DNA of 64,000 bases from Acidobacteriota bacterium. GTDB taxonomy: Bacteria > Acidobacteriota > Vicinamibacteria > Vicinamibacterales > UBA2999. Of this stretch, positions 28,038-37,161 are shown in pieces. How positions within the stretch are numbered: the first letter of the stretch is position 1; each line of letters opens with the position of its first letter. Under the pieces are notes generated by a model. It ran no database searches. It worked only from the letters and a program-made list of their open reading frames with translations, and was not told the origin of the DNA. The translations under genes were made by a program, and so were the position numbers. The stretch spans positions 1,451 through 65,450 of the forward strand of contig VFZN01000009.1 in the NCBI GenBank assembly GCA_016871195.1, written 5' to 3'.

Positions 28038-29867
28038 ATGGGCGCGCTCTCATTTCTGGCTCCGATGTACCTGCTGGGGGCACTGGCGATTGCCGTGCCG
28101 CTCCTGCTGCATCTCTATCGACGACGCACCGAAGAGGTCATCGAGTTTCCATCGGTCGCATGGCTGCAGACAGTGCCGGTCGAAACGCACCAGCGGCGAC
28201 GCCTGCGCGACTGGCTGCTACTGATGCTGCGCGTGGCTGCGCTGCTGCTGCTGGCCGCGGCTTTCGCACGTCCCTACCTCGCGTCGGGCGAGGCCGCCAT
28301 CAGCCGGCCGCTCACGGTGCTGGCCGTTGACGTCTCAGCCAGCATGGCCGCGCCGGGTGTCTGGTCTCGAGCCCAGCAGGCTGCGATGTCGGCGCTTGAT
28401 GCGGTCGCCGACGGCGAGCTGGTCGCGCTGGTACGCTTCGACAACACGGCCGCGGTCGCGGTCGCGCCCACGTCAGACCGCGAGGCGGTGCGCCGCGCGG
28501 TTTCGGCAATGCAACCCGGGGAGGGCGCCACGGCTCTGCACGCCGCGCTGCGGCAGGCCACCGAACTGGTCGGGGCACGGGACGGACGCGTGGTCCTTGT
28601 GTCGGATGTGCAACAGTCAGGGTGGGAACGGTCACTGGCGGGTGTCGTTCCCGAGTCGATACCGGTCGATGTGCGGGTGGTGGAAGGCGCACGCGGCAAC
28701 CTCGCCCTGACCGATGTCTCGCCCGTGCCCGCCTTGCCGGCGTCGACGGGTAGTGCCGGGTCGCCCGCGGTTACGGTGGCGATTCGGAACTTTGGAGTGG
28801 CCCAGCAGCAGACGACGGTGACGGTGCAGCCGGCAGGCGAGGCGCGTGCGGTCACGCAGGATGTGACGGTGGCGCCGCAGAGTGCCGTGTCGGTGCGGGT
28901 GCCGCTGGTGTCGCTTCCCGAGGAGGCCGTGGTGTCCATCACCGATCCCGACGGCATCCCCGTAGACAATCGACTGGCGTGGTCATCAACGCGCACGGAT
29001 GTGGCGCAGGTCACCGTGCTCGTGGCTAATCCCGGTGGCAGCGACGGCTTGTATGTCGAGCGGGCGCTTGAGGCCGTGGCGTCACGTCGTCGTCTGCAGG
29101 TGTCGGTGGTTGACGGGTTGTCGTATTCGTCTTCGGCGTCTCAGGGGGATGATTCATCGCATCTGCTGATGGTGCTGGGTTCGCGAACGCTCACCCGGAA
29201 TGGACGGACCCGCCTGAAGCAGCACATCGAGGCCGGGCACCCGGTGCTGATGACACTGGGGCCGCAGGTCGACCGCGAGACGATGCGCGAGTGGCTGGGA
29301 CGGCCCCTCGTGCTGCATCCGGACGATGGGCAGTGGCCGGCGCTCGGACGTCCTCTAGTGATCGATGACGTGCGGCATCCGGTGTTTCTCGGGGCTCAGC
29401 GCACGGATGCGGTGCTCGGTGACATACCGATCAGGCACAGTGCGCGTGTCACCGCGCTCGACGGATGGCGTGTGCTGGCCCGGGTCAGCGATGGGACGCC
29501 GGTGCTGCTCGAGTCTGACGCGCCCGGCGGTCGTGTGCTGCTGTGGACATCGGATGTCGACCAGCAGTGGAACGGCTTTCCGCTGTCGCCAGCCTTCGTG
29601 CCCTTTCTGGCCGATGCGGTGGCCTACCTGCTGGGGCAGGCCCCAGGAGGGCGTGACTCGCGTGCGGTGATGAATGAGGGCAACCCGTGGCCGCTGTCGG
29701 CGGAGGCGCTGCTGGCCGGTATTCCGCGGGGGCCGAGACCACAGGCGCCGCCCCCCGAGGTGAGTGCCCGGCGCCTCGAGTCGGAGCAGCGATGGTGGCA
29801 GGCCGGGCTGGCGCTGATGCTGACCGCGCTGCTGATTGAAGGATGGATCGGGCGGCGCGCCCGCTGA
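28038..29867 (+). CDS. BatA-type protein: N-terminal double-TM domain + vWA domain
   Basis: FLAPMYLLGALAIAVPLLLHLYRRR N-terminal anchor, MIDAS DVSAS and a C-terminal TM. ATG abuts the upstream TAA (28035-28040). Confidence 0.8.
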   Translation: MGALSFLAPMYLLGALAIAVPLLLHLYRRRTEEVIEFPSVAWLQTVPVETHQRRRLRDWLLLMLRVAALLLLAAAFARPYLASGEAAISRPLTVLAVDVSASMAAPGVWSRAQQAAMSALDAVADGELVALVRFDNTAAVAVAPTSDREAVRRAVSAMQPGEGATALHAALRQATELVGARDGRVVLVSDVQQSGWERSLAGVVPESIPVDVRVVEGARGNLALTDVSPVPALPASTGSAGSPAVTVAIRNFGVAQQQTTVTVQPAGEARAVTQDVTVAPQSAVSVRVPLVSLPEEAVVSITDPDGIPVDNRLAWSSTRTDVAQVTVLVANPGGSDGLYVERALEAVASRRRLQVSVVDGLSYSSSASQGDDSSHLLMVLGSRTLTRNGRTRLKQHIEAGHPVLMTLGPQVDRETMREWLGRPLVLHPDDGQWPALGRPLVIDDVRHPVFLGAQRTDAVLGDIPIRHSARVTALDGWRVLARVSDGTPVLLESDAPGGRVLLWTSDVDQQWNGFPLSPAFVPFLADAVAYLLGQAPGGRDSRAVMNEGNPWPLSAEALLAGIPRGPRPQAPPPEVSARRLESEQRWWQAGLALMLTALLIEGWIGRRAR

Positions 29868-29886
29868 TTCGCGTACGATACGGCCT

Positions 29887-32800
29887 ATGGACGCGCACGA
29901 GCACGCCGTCGGAGCCCTGCTGAGCCAGGTGCGTGAGCGCCTCTGGCGGAACAGCCGGCGCCGTCTCTGGACGGTTGGTCTGGCGGCCGCCAGTGTGGCG
30001 CTGGCTATCGGCGGTCTTGTCACCTGGTGGGTGGCGGGTGAGGGCGTGCCGCTGGTGGTGGCCGTTGTCGCCATGCTGCTGGCTGTGGCTGCGGTGCTGA
30101 GAGCCACCGCGCTGTCGATGCCTGCCGCTCCTACGGAGCGTGCGGTCGCTCGTCTCGTCGAGGAACGTACCGGCGGCCTCGATGACCTGCTGGTCACGCT
30201 GGTCGATCACGATGCACAGCCGTCAGCGTCGGTCGAGGCACTGCGGCAGCAGGCCGAACGCGCCATTCGGGATGTGGCGGTCGACGATGTGGTGCCCACC
30301 CGCGTTGTGGCGCATGCGACACGCGGACTCGTCGCCGCAGGAATAGTGCTGGCCGTGGCTGCCCTCGGCGTGAGTCCTTCCGTGTGGCGCGCCTCACAGG
30401 TGGTCAGCGCCTACCTGTTTCCGGCGCGCATCGACATCGTGGTGGAACCGGGCGACAGCCGTGTGCGGCGCGGTGAGGCCGTGCAGGTCGCTGCCCGGGT
30501 CACTGGTGTCGAGGGCCTGGCTCCGTCGCTCCTGCGCGAGACCGACACCGGTGTCGTGGCCGAACCCATGCCGCGTGCGGCCGACGGTCGTTTTGTGTGG
30601 TCACTGGCCGCGCTCGAGGCGTCGGTGACGTATCGCGTCACGGCAGGGCCGGTGACGACCGGGACGTTCCACATCGAGGCGATCGACGCTGCCGCGTTGA
30701 CGCGCATCGATCTCACCTACAGCTATCCGGCGGCCATGCGTCAGCCGTCCCGCACCGAGGCCGACAGTGGTGACATCTTCGGTCCGCGCGGCACGGTCGT
30801 GACGGTCGACCTCGTGTTCGACAAGCCAGTGGTCAGCGGTGCCCTTCAACTCGGCACAGGCCAGCCGCTCGCGGCCGAACGCACCGCGGAGGGCCTGCGG
30901 GCCCGGCTGACGATCGATCAGGACACGACGTATCGAGTCGCAGCCCGTGACGGCGATGGCCTCGACAGCACAACGGGCGTCGAGTATTTCATCCGCATGC
31001 TCAACGATCGTCCTCCTGATGTGCGCATCGCGCATCCCGGGGGCGATCGGCAGGTGACGCCTCTTGAAGAAGTGACCATTGAGGCCGTGGCCGACGATGA
31101 CTTTGCGGTCGCGTCGCTCGAGATTGTGGTGCAGCGGCAGGGGAAAGCCGAGACCGTCGTCCCGGTGCGCACCAATCAGTCGCCGCAGGTGACGGGGCGT
31201 TATGTCGTGGCCATGGAAGATCTCGGTGTGAAGCCCGGTGAAATGGTCAGCTATCACGCGCGGGCGCGCGACGTCGGCCGCGGTCGTGCCGCGACCGAGG
31301 TGCGCAGCGACATCTACTTCCTCGAAGTGAAGCCGTATGAGGAAACCTTCCGCGCCGCCCAGACGCAGGCGGCCAGCGGGCAGATGGCTGCCCCCGAGGT
31401 GCAGGCGCTGGTGGATGCGCAGAAGGAGATCATCGCCGCGACATGGAAGCTCGATGCACGTGCCCAGCGTGCCGGGGCGTCTGCGGCGCGTCGCGATCTG
31501 AACGAGCTGGCGCAGGCGCAGCGGGCGCTGCGCGACCGTGCCCTCGAAGAAGCGGGCAACGTGGCGCAGGCCCTGGCTGATCCGACCCGCCGGCGTCGGC
31601 AGGCGCCGCCCGGGGCTGGCGGTGCCGCGTCACCGATGCAGGCAGCGGCCGAGGCCATGGGTGAGGCCGCCGAGGAACTCGAGCGGGCGCGACCGCGGCA
31701 GGCCCTGCCGCGCGAAATGGAGGCGCTTGAGCAGCTGCTCAAGGCCGATGCCGACGTGAAGGAACGGCAGATCGCCCGCCAGCAGGGCAACGGGCGCGCA
31801 GGCAATCGGCAGTCGCCCGATATGTCGACGCTGTTTGACCAGCAGCTGAGACAGCAGCAGCAGACCAGTTACGAAACACCGACGACCACCGAGACCCGCG
31901 AAGAGACCCCGCCTGAGGCTGACCCGCTGTCGCGCATCCGCGAACTGGCCCGGCGTCAGGAGTCGCTGCAGCGTCAGCAGGAAGAGCTGGCCCGCAATCG
32001 GGCGCGGCTGGAGGCGGAAGAGGCCCGGCGGCAGCTCGAGCGCCTGACACGCGAGCAGCAGCAGCTGACCGAGCAGGCCTCGTCGCTGGCGCGTGATCTC
32101 AGGAATCAGTCCTCGTTCTCACCACAAGGCACGGAAGAATCGCGCGCGAGGCAGCAGGGCACCGAGGAGTCGCGGGCGATGCAGCAGGCGGCCGAGCAGA
32201 TGCGGTCGGCGGCGGGTGATCTGCAGCGGCAGGACCCGACGCAGGCCAGCGCCCGCAGCGGGCGCGCAGCCGAGGCCCTGCGCAATCTGTCGCGCCAGAT
32301 GGAACGTGCCCAGCCCGAGGCGCGACAGCGGGCACTGGGCGATCTGCAATTCGAGGCGCGGCAACTGGCCGAGGCTGAGCGACGCCTGGCGGCCGAGGCC
32401 GAGCAGCGGGCGCGGACGCCGGATGCCAGTCGCGCACCGTCGCCGGCAGCCGCGACAGACGACGCGCGGCGACTCGCCGCCGAACAGAATCGCCTCGCCG
32501 ATCGGGCGGCGCAACTCCGTGACGCCGCCAGGCAACTGGCGCGTGGCCTTTCGCCCGACCGCGAACCTGACCCCACGACGCGCGAACAGCAGCAGGCGGC
32601 GGTCGACGCCGCGCGTGCGCTCGAGCGCAGCCAGCTCGAGGCGCAGATGCGGGGGTGGGCAGATCGGCTGGGCACGCGCCCCGAAGCCAGTGCCGAGGCC
32701 GCCGCTCAGGCCCGCGAGATGGCGCGCGCGCTGGATCGCGTGGCCGGACAGCTGGGCGAAGCCGCCGGAGTGAGTGACCGCGAAGGCGAGCGCCTGTCCG

Positions 32801-33279
32801 AGGCCCTGCAGCGCACCGGGGAACTGCGGACGCAGATGGCCGAGGCTCAGCGTGCCCTGGAGGCGCTGGCGAAGGAGGCCGACACCCCGGATACCGACCC
32901 GGACCGACAGCGGCGGATCGAACGGCTGCAGCGGGACGCGCAGGGGCGCATGGGCGAGGCACGGGCCCTTGCCGAGGGCTTGCAGCAGTCGAGCCCGGAG
33001 CTGCGTCAGGCCCCCACCACTCCTGAAGACTGGAGCCCCAGCCTCTCGGCCCCGGGCACCGAAGCGTTCAAGCAGGATCTGTCGAGCTGGGAATCGCTCA
33101 AGCGTCAACTGCTCGCCGCCGTGGATCGCACCGAGCGGCGGCTGACTGACGCGCTGCGCGCACGCATGTTGACCGACCGGCTGCCGGCGGGCGGGGCCTC
33201 TCAGGTGGCCGACGAATATCGGCCACTGGTTGACCAGTATTTCCAGACGCTGCCGGCGCCGAGGCGGCCTCAGCAGTGA
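29887..33279 (+). CDS. Large two-TM protein with long Q/R/E/A-rich coiled coil (DUF4175/TIGR02302-like architecture)
   Basis: ATG 29887. Two N-terminal TM helices, a beta-rich middle, then roughly 600 aa of charged helical low-complexity sequence including QGTEESRARQQGTEESRAMQQ. The family name is inferred from architecture only. Confidence 0.6.
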   Translation: MDAHEHAVGALLSQVRERLWRNSRRRLWTVGLAAASVALAIGGLVTWWVAGEGVPLVVAVVAMLLAVAAVLRATALSMPAAPTERAVARLVEERTGGLDDLLVTLVDHDAQPSASVEALRQQAERAIRDVAVDDVVPTRVVAHATRGLVAAGIVLAVAALGVSPSVWRASQVVSAYLFPARIDIVVEPGDSRVRRGEAVQVAARVTGVEGLAPSLLRETDTGVVAEPMPRAADGRFVWSLAALEASVTYRVTAGPVTTGTFHIEAIDAAALTRIDLTYSYPAAMRQPSRTEADSGDIFGPRGTVVTVDLVFDKPVVSGALQLGTGQPLAAERTAEGLRARLTIDQDTTYRVAARDGDGLDSTTGVEYFIRMLNDRPPDVRIAHPGGDRQVTPLEEVTIEAVADDDFAVASLEIVVQRQGKAETVVPVRTNQSPQVTGRYVVAMEDLGVKPGEMVSYHARARDVGRGRAATEVRSDIYFLEVKPYEETFRAAQTQAASGQMAAPEVQALVDAQKEIIAATWKLDARAQRAGASAARRDLNELAQAQRALRDRALEEAGNVAQALADPTRRRRQAPPGAGGAASPMQAAAEAMGEAAEELERARPRQALPREMEALEQLLKADADVKERQIARQQGNGRAGNRQSPDMSTLFDQQLRQQQQTSYETPTTTETREETPPEADPLSRIRELARRQESLQRQQEELARNRARLEAEEARRQLERLTREQQQLTEQASSLARDLRNQSSFSPQGTEESRARQQGTEESRAMQQAAEQMRSAAGDLQRQDPTQASARSGRAAEALRNLSRQMERAQPEARQRALGDLQFEARQLAEAERRLAAEAEQRARTPDASRAPSPAAATDDARRLAAEQNRLADRAAQLRDAARQLARGLSPDREPDPTTREQQQAAVDAARALERSQLEAQMRGWADRLGTRPEASAEAAAQAREMARALDRVAGQLGEAAGVSDREGERLSEALQRTGELRTQMAEAQRALEALAKEADTPDTDPDRQRRIERLQRDAQGRMGEARALAEGLQQSSPELRQAPTTPEDWSPSLSAPGTEAFKQDLSSWESLKRQLLAAVDRTERRLTDALRARMLTDRLPAGGASQVADEYRPLVDQYFQTLPAPRRPQQ

Positions 33280-33298
33280 CGCCCGGGATTCGCTCCGC

Positions 33299-35518
33299 AT
33301 GAGCCTTGCCGTCGTCTGGCCCTGGTGGGCGCTGGTGGCCGCTGCCGTCGGCATTGTGATTGCGGCCCTGGCGGCTTACCGTCGCGCTGTGCCGCCGTTG
33401 ACCGAGGGGCAGCGGGCTGCCCTCGTGGGCCTGCGCGTGCTCGTCCTGAGCGCCCTTGTCGTGGCGCTCTTGCGCCCCGTGCGGCAGTCGCCCAGTGCCG
33501 AGCAGCCCACGCGTCTGCTGCCCGTTGTGGTCGACGTGTCGGGCAGCATGGGCATTCCCGATGCGCCAGAAGGGAAGACGCGCCTCGATGCGGCACGTAC
33601 GCTGGTACGCACCATCGAATCACAGCTGACTGGCGCGCGCCTGCGTGTGGAAGTGTGGCCGATGCACGATGGCACTACGGCAACCGATGTGAACGCGCTG
33701 CGCGCGGAGGGGACTCGCAGCGATCTGGCGGCCGCGATCGACGAAGTCGCCGGGCGCGCCCTCGCTCGGGATGCCGCCGCCGTCGTGCTAGTCTCAGACG
33801 GAGTGACCACCGATCGCGGCGTGGCGCGACCCGAACGGCGCGACGCGCTGCCGCTGTTCACCATGGCCGTCGGCGGCGCGCAGGCAGTGCGCGATCTCGA
33901 TGTCGTGCGCATCGAGGCCGGGACTGCCACCTTGCCCGGTTCGGCCATCGACATACTTGCGGTCGTCGTTGCCCGCGGGATGCGCGGACGTGCCGTGACG
34001 CTGCGGCTCAGCGAGAACGGGCGACCCGTCGACTCAGCCACGGTCACCCCTGATGCCGACGTGGCCACCATTCCCTTCCGGTTTGTGGTCACGCCTCCCC
34101 CTGATCAACCCACGGTGTATGCCACCGAGGTGCAGCAGGCCGATGCCGTGCCCGGTAACGACCGGCGTCAGGTGCTGGTGCCGCCCCAGATGGGTCAGCG
34201 GCGTGTGCTGCTGATGGAAGGGGCCCCCGGGTTCGAGCACACATTCCTCAAGCGTGCCCTGGCCACTGATACCGCGTTGTCAGTCGATGCCCTCGTGCGC
34301 AAGGGGCGCGATGATCAAGGCCGCGATACCTTTGCGGTCCAGGCCACGGAAGACCGCGCGTCGGTGCTGGCCCAGGGATTTCCCTCGAGCCGGGAAACAC
34401 TCTTCCAGTACGACGCCGTGGTGCTCAGCAATGTCGAGGCCGAGTTCTTCACGCGGGCGCAGCTCGAGCTGGTGCGGCAGTTTGTGGCCGAGCGCGGTGG
34501 TGGCCTGCTGGTGATGGGATCACGCAGCTTTGAGCGCGAAGGGATGGCGGCCACGCCCATCGCTGATGTGCTGCCCGTTGATCCGGCCGTGCGTCGGTGG
34601 CAGGACGCGGCAGCCGACGATGCCGCGAGGAACCTGCCGGCCAACGCCCCAGCCGTCACCCGCGATGGTGCCACGCACTCGGCCACGCGCCTGTCGATCG
34701 ACGGCGATGACAGCGCTGCGCTGTGGCGCACCTTCCCTCCGCTGGCCTCGGTATCTTCGATGGGCGCACCGCGTCCAGGGGCGCAGGTGCTGGCGGTGAC
34801 CGCCAATCCCGGAGGCCAGGCGAGCCCGCTCATCGTCATGCAGCGCTTCGGTCAGGGGCGATCGCTCGTCTTCGCCGGGGAAGCGGCATGGCGGTGGCGG
34901 ATGATGCGCCCCTCGTCCGACACGGCCTACGCCACGGTCTGGCGCCAGATGATTCGAGCCTTGGTCGCACCAGCGCCCGGGCCCGTGATCATGAGGGCGG
35001 GTGGCGTGGCGGGAGCCAACGAACAGACGCCGGTGCTGATTGATGTGCGTGACGCACGGTTCCTTCCGGTGACCGACGCCGAGGTGAGGCTCACCGCGCA
35101 GGCCCCCGATGGTCGGACACGATCGCTGCAGCCCGTGCTGAGCGATGCCGCCGCCGGGCGCTACGCCGTCGTGGTGCCGACGTCGGACGCCGGGGTCTGG
35201 ACGCTGACCGCCGAGGCTGTGCATCGCGGCGTGGTGCGCGGCACGACGGTGACCCATCTGCTGATTCCGCCGCCGAATGACGAATTCACGCGACCCGAGG
35301 TGAACCTGCCCGCGCTGCGTCGGCTCGCCGACGCGGCAGGAGGACAGGCCTTCACCGACGACACCTTGCCTGACCTCATCGAGCGCCTGCGCCGCCTGCA
35401 GACGTCGCCGGCCCGATACGAGGACGTCGACTTGTGGCACAACGTCTGGACGCTCGCAGGTATCATCGCGCTGCTGGCGACGGAATGGACCCTGCGTCGC
35501 CATTGGGGAATGCTATGA
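33299..35518 (+). CDS. Membrane-anchored vWA protein fused to class-I glutamine-amidotransferase-like domain
   Basis: N-terminal TM pair, MIDAS DVSGS, a later RRVLLMEGAPGFEH...YDAVVLSNVE...GGGLLVMGS (GATase1/ThuA-like) segment, and a C-terminal TM. Confidence 0.7.
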   Translation: MSLAVVWPWWALVAAAVGIVIAALAAYRRAVPPLTEGQRAALVGLRVLVLSALVVALLRPVRQSPSAEQPTRLLPVVVDVSGSMGIPDAPEGKTRLDAARTLVRTIESQLTGARLRVEVWPMHDGTTATDVNALRAEGTRSDLAAAIDEVAGRALARDAAAVVLVSDGVTTDRGVARPERRDALPLFTMAVGGAQAVRDLDVVRIEAGTATLPGSAIDILAVVVARGMRGRAVTLRLSENGRPVDSATVTPDADVATIPFRFVVTPPPDQPTVYATEVQQADAVPGNDRRQVLVPPQMGQRRVLLMEGAPGFEHTFLKRALATDTALSVDALVRKGRDDQGRDTFAVQATEDRASVLAQGFPSSRETLFQYDAVVLSNVEAEFFTRAQLELVRQFVAERGGGLLVMGSRSFEREGMAATPIADVLPVDPAVRRWQDAAADDAARNLPANAPAVTRDGATHSATRLSIDGDDSAALWRTFPPLASVSSMGAPRPGAQVLAVTANPGGQASPLIVMQRFGQGRSLVFAGEAAWRWRMMRPSSDTAYATVWRQMIRALVAPAPGPVIMRAGGVAGANEQTPVLIDVRDARFLPVTDAEVRLTAQAPDGRTRSLQPVLSDAAAGRYAVVVPTSDAGVWTLTAEAVHRGVVRGTTVTHLLIPPPNDEFTRPEVNLPALRRLADAAGGQAFTDDTLPDLIERLRRLQTSPARYEDVDLWHNVWTLAGIIALLATEWTLRRHWGML

Positions 35519-36483
35519 ACACTCGCCACCGATGTGCTGGGATCCTTGCGCTGTGGGCGCTGCTGCTGTTCGGCGAGGCCGCGGCCGAGACGCGGCGTGC
35601 GCTGATCATCTCGGGGGCGTCCGGCGGCGAGAAGTACGCCACCGACATGGCGCAGTGGCGGACGACGCTGCGCGAGGCGCTGGTGTCGCGCCATCGGTTC
35701 GATCAGGCGCAGGTGCAGATGCTCGTCGATGAGGCCGCCGCCGAGGGGACGCGGGCGACAGCGGCCGCCGTGAAGACGACACTGGCCCGCCTGCGCAGCG
35801 AGGCGGCACCAGACGACTTCCTGCTGGTCGTGCTGTTCGGGCACGGCACCTTTGATGGCGAGGTGGCGAAATTCAATCTGGTGGGCCCTGACCTCACCGC
35901 AGCCGAATGGCAGCAGGCCCTGGCGGGCATTGCCGGACGCGTTGCGATCGTCAACACCACCGAGTCGAGCTTTCCCTTTCTCGACGCCCTGAAGGCCCGG
36001 GGGCGCATCGTCGTGACCGCGACGAACTCGGCGGCGCAGAAGTACGCGACGGTCTTCCCGCAGTATTTCGTCAAGGCGATGAATGAGGCGTCGACGGATC
36101 TCGACAAGAATGGTCGGACGTCGCTGCTCGAAGTGTTCGAGGCGACGAGCCTCGCCGTGACGCAGCACTACGAGCAGCAGGGCCTGCTGACGACCGAACG
36201 GGCTCTCATCGATGATTCCGGAGACGGGCGCGGCAGCGAACAGGGCGCCGAGGGCGGGGACGGCGCACTGGCCCGCACCTGGCAGATCGATGCAGAGCCA
36301 CAGGCCGCCTCGACCGATCCTGAAGTGAAAGCCCTGTTGCAGCGTCAGCGGACGCTCGAGGCCGAGGCCGAGGCGCTGAAGCTGCGCAAAGACTCGATGC
36401 CGGCGAACGAGTGGCAGTCGGCCTACGAAACACTGATGCTTGATCTGGCGCGCGTGTCACTCGAGCTGCGCAAGCGCGGCTAG
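35515..36483 (+). CDS. Secreted peptidase C13 (legumain/GPI8)-like protein lacking the catalytic Cys
   Basis: ATGA overlap with the upstream gene; signal peptide. LLVVLFGHGTFDG (His110) aligns by eye with legumain YFTDHG. VAIVNTTESSFPF aligns with YIEACESGSMM, giving Thr149 in place of the Cys. IVVTATNSAAQKYAT aligns with VYATTAANPRESSYA. C-terminal coiled coil. Confidence 0.55.
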   Translation: MNTRHRCAGILALWALLLFGEAAAETRRALIISGASGGEKYATDMAQWRTTLREALVSRHRFDQAQVQMLVDEAAAEGTRATAAAVKTTLARLRSEAAPDDFLLVVLFGHGTFDGEVAKFNLVGPDLTAAEWQQALAGIAGRVAIVNTTESSFPFLDALKARGRIVVTATNSAAQKYATVFPQYFVKAMNEASTDLDKNGRTSLLEVFEATSLAVTQHYEQQGLLTTERALIDDSGDGRGSEQGAEGGDGALARTWQIDAEPQAASTDPEVKALLQRQRTLEAEAEALKLRKDSMPANEWQSAYETLMLDLARVSLELRKRG

Positions 36484-37139
36484 GCGCCCCACCACTCGAC
36501 CTGCGCGCGCTCGGGTCGCTCGAGTGGCTTCACGAGCAGCACCCCTGCCACAAAGCCCATGACGTGCGCCCAGAAGGCGACGCCGCCCGGGAGATCGGCC
36601 GCGGTCGCCAGCGATCCGAGGCCGCTGAGAAACTGCATCAGGAACCACAGACCGAGGAAGAAGACCGCCGGCACTTCCGTGAGCAGAAACGGAAACGGCA
36701 GCAGCGTGAGCACACGCGAGCGCGGATAGAGCACAAAGTACCCGCCCATCACACCGGCAATGGCGCCGCTTGCGCCCACCATCGGCACGACCGACTCGCG
36801 GTTCAGCAGCACCTCGGCCAGCGCCGCCACCAGGCCCGTCAGCAGATAGAACAGCACGAACCGGGGACGACCGAGGCGGTCTTCCACGTTGTCGCCGAAG
36901 ATCCACAGGTAGAGCATGTTGCCGCCCGCATGACCCACGCCCGCATGGATGAACATCGACGTCAGCAGCGTCAGCGCGGAAGGCGCGGCTGGAATGATGC
37001 CCCACTCGCGGATGAAGCGATCGAGGGCCTCGGGCGGCAGCGTCAGCTCGTAGCCGAAGACCAGCACGTTCAGCCCGAGCAGCACGTACGTGACCCAGGG
37101 CGTGGTGCGCGTCGGGATGATGTCCTTCAGGGGAATCAT
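36480..37139 (-). CDS. Rhomboid family intramembrane serine protease
   Basis: HAGVGHAGGNMLYLW and GASGAIAGVMG (GxSG) motifs, with a downstream His in a TM helix (AFWAHVMGF). 219 aa. Confidence 0.85.
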   Translation of the reverse strand: MIPLKDIIPTRTTPWVTYVLLGLNVLVFGYELTLPPEALDRFIREWGIIPAAPSALTLLTSMFIHAGVGHAGGNMLYLWIFGDNVEDRLGRPRFVLFYLLTGLVAALAEVLLNRESVVPMVGASGAIAGVMGGYFVLYPRSRVLTLLPFPFLLTEVPAVFFLGLWFLMQFLSGLGSLATAADLPGGVAFWAHVMGFVAGVLLVKPLERPERAQVEWWGA

Positions 37140-37161
37140 GGTCTGTGGTTAAGATCGTGGC

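Noticed and set aside
32093-33354. Four additional long ORFs in other frames over the coiled-coil region
   Set aside because: They are caused by the repetitive GC-rich (GCN/CGN/CAG/GAG) codon composition of the + strand coiled-coil gene. They are not independent genes.
36480-36483. CTAG shared by the convergent stop codons of the C13-like and rhomboid genes
   Set aside because: It is a real 3-nt stop-stop overlap, but a trivial consequence of a palindromic TAG. There is no functional inference.
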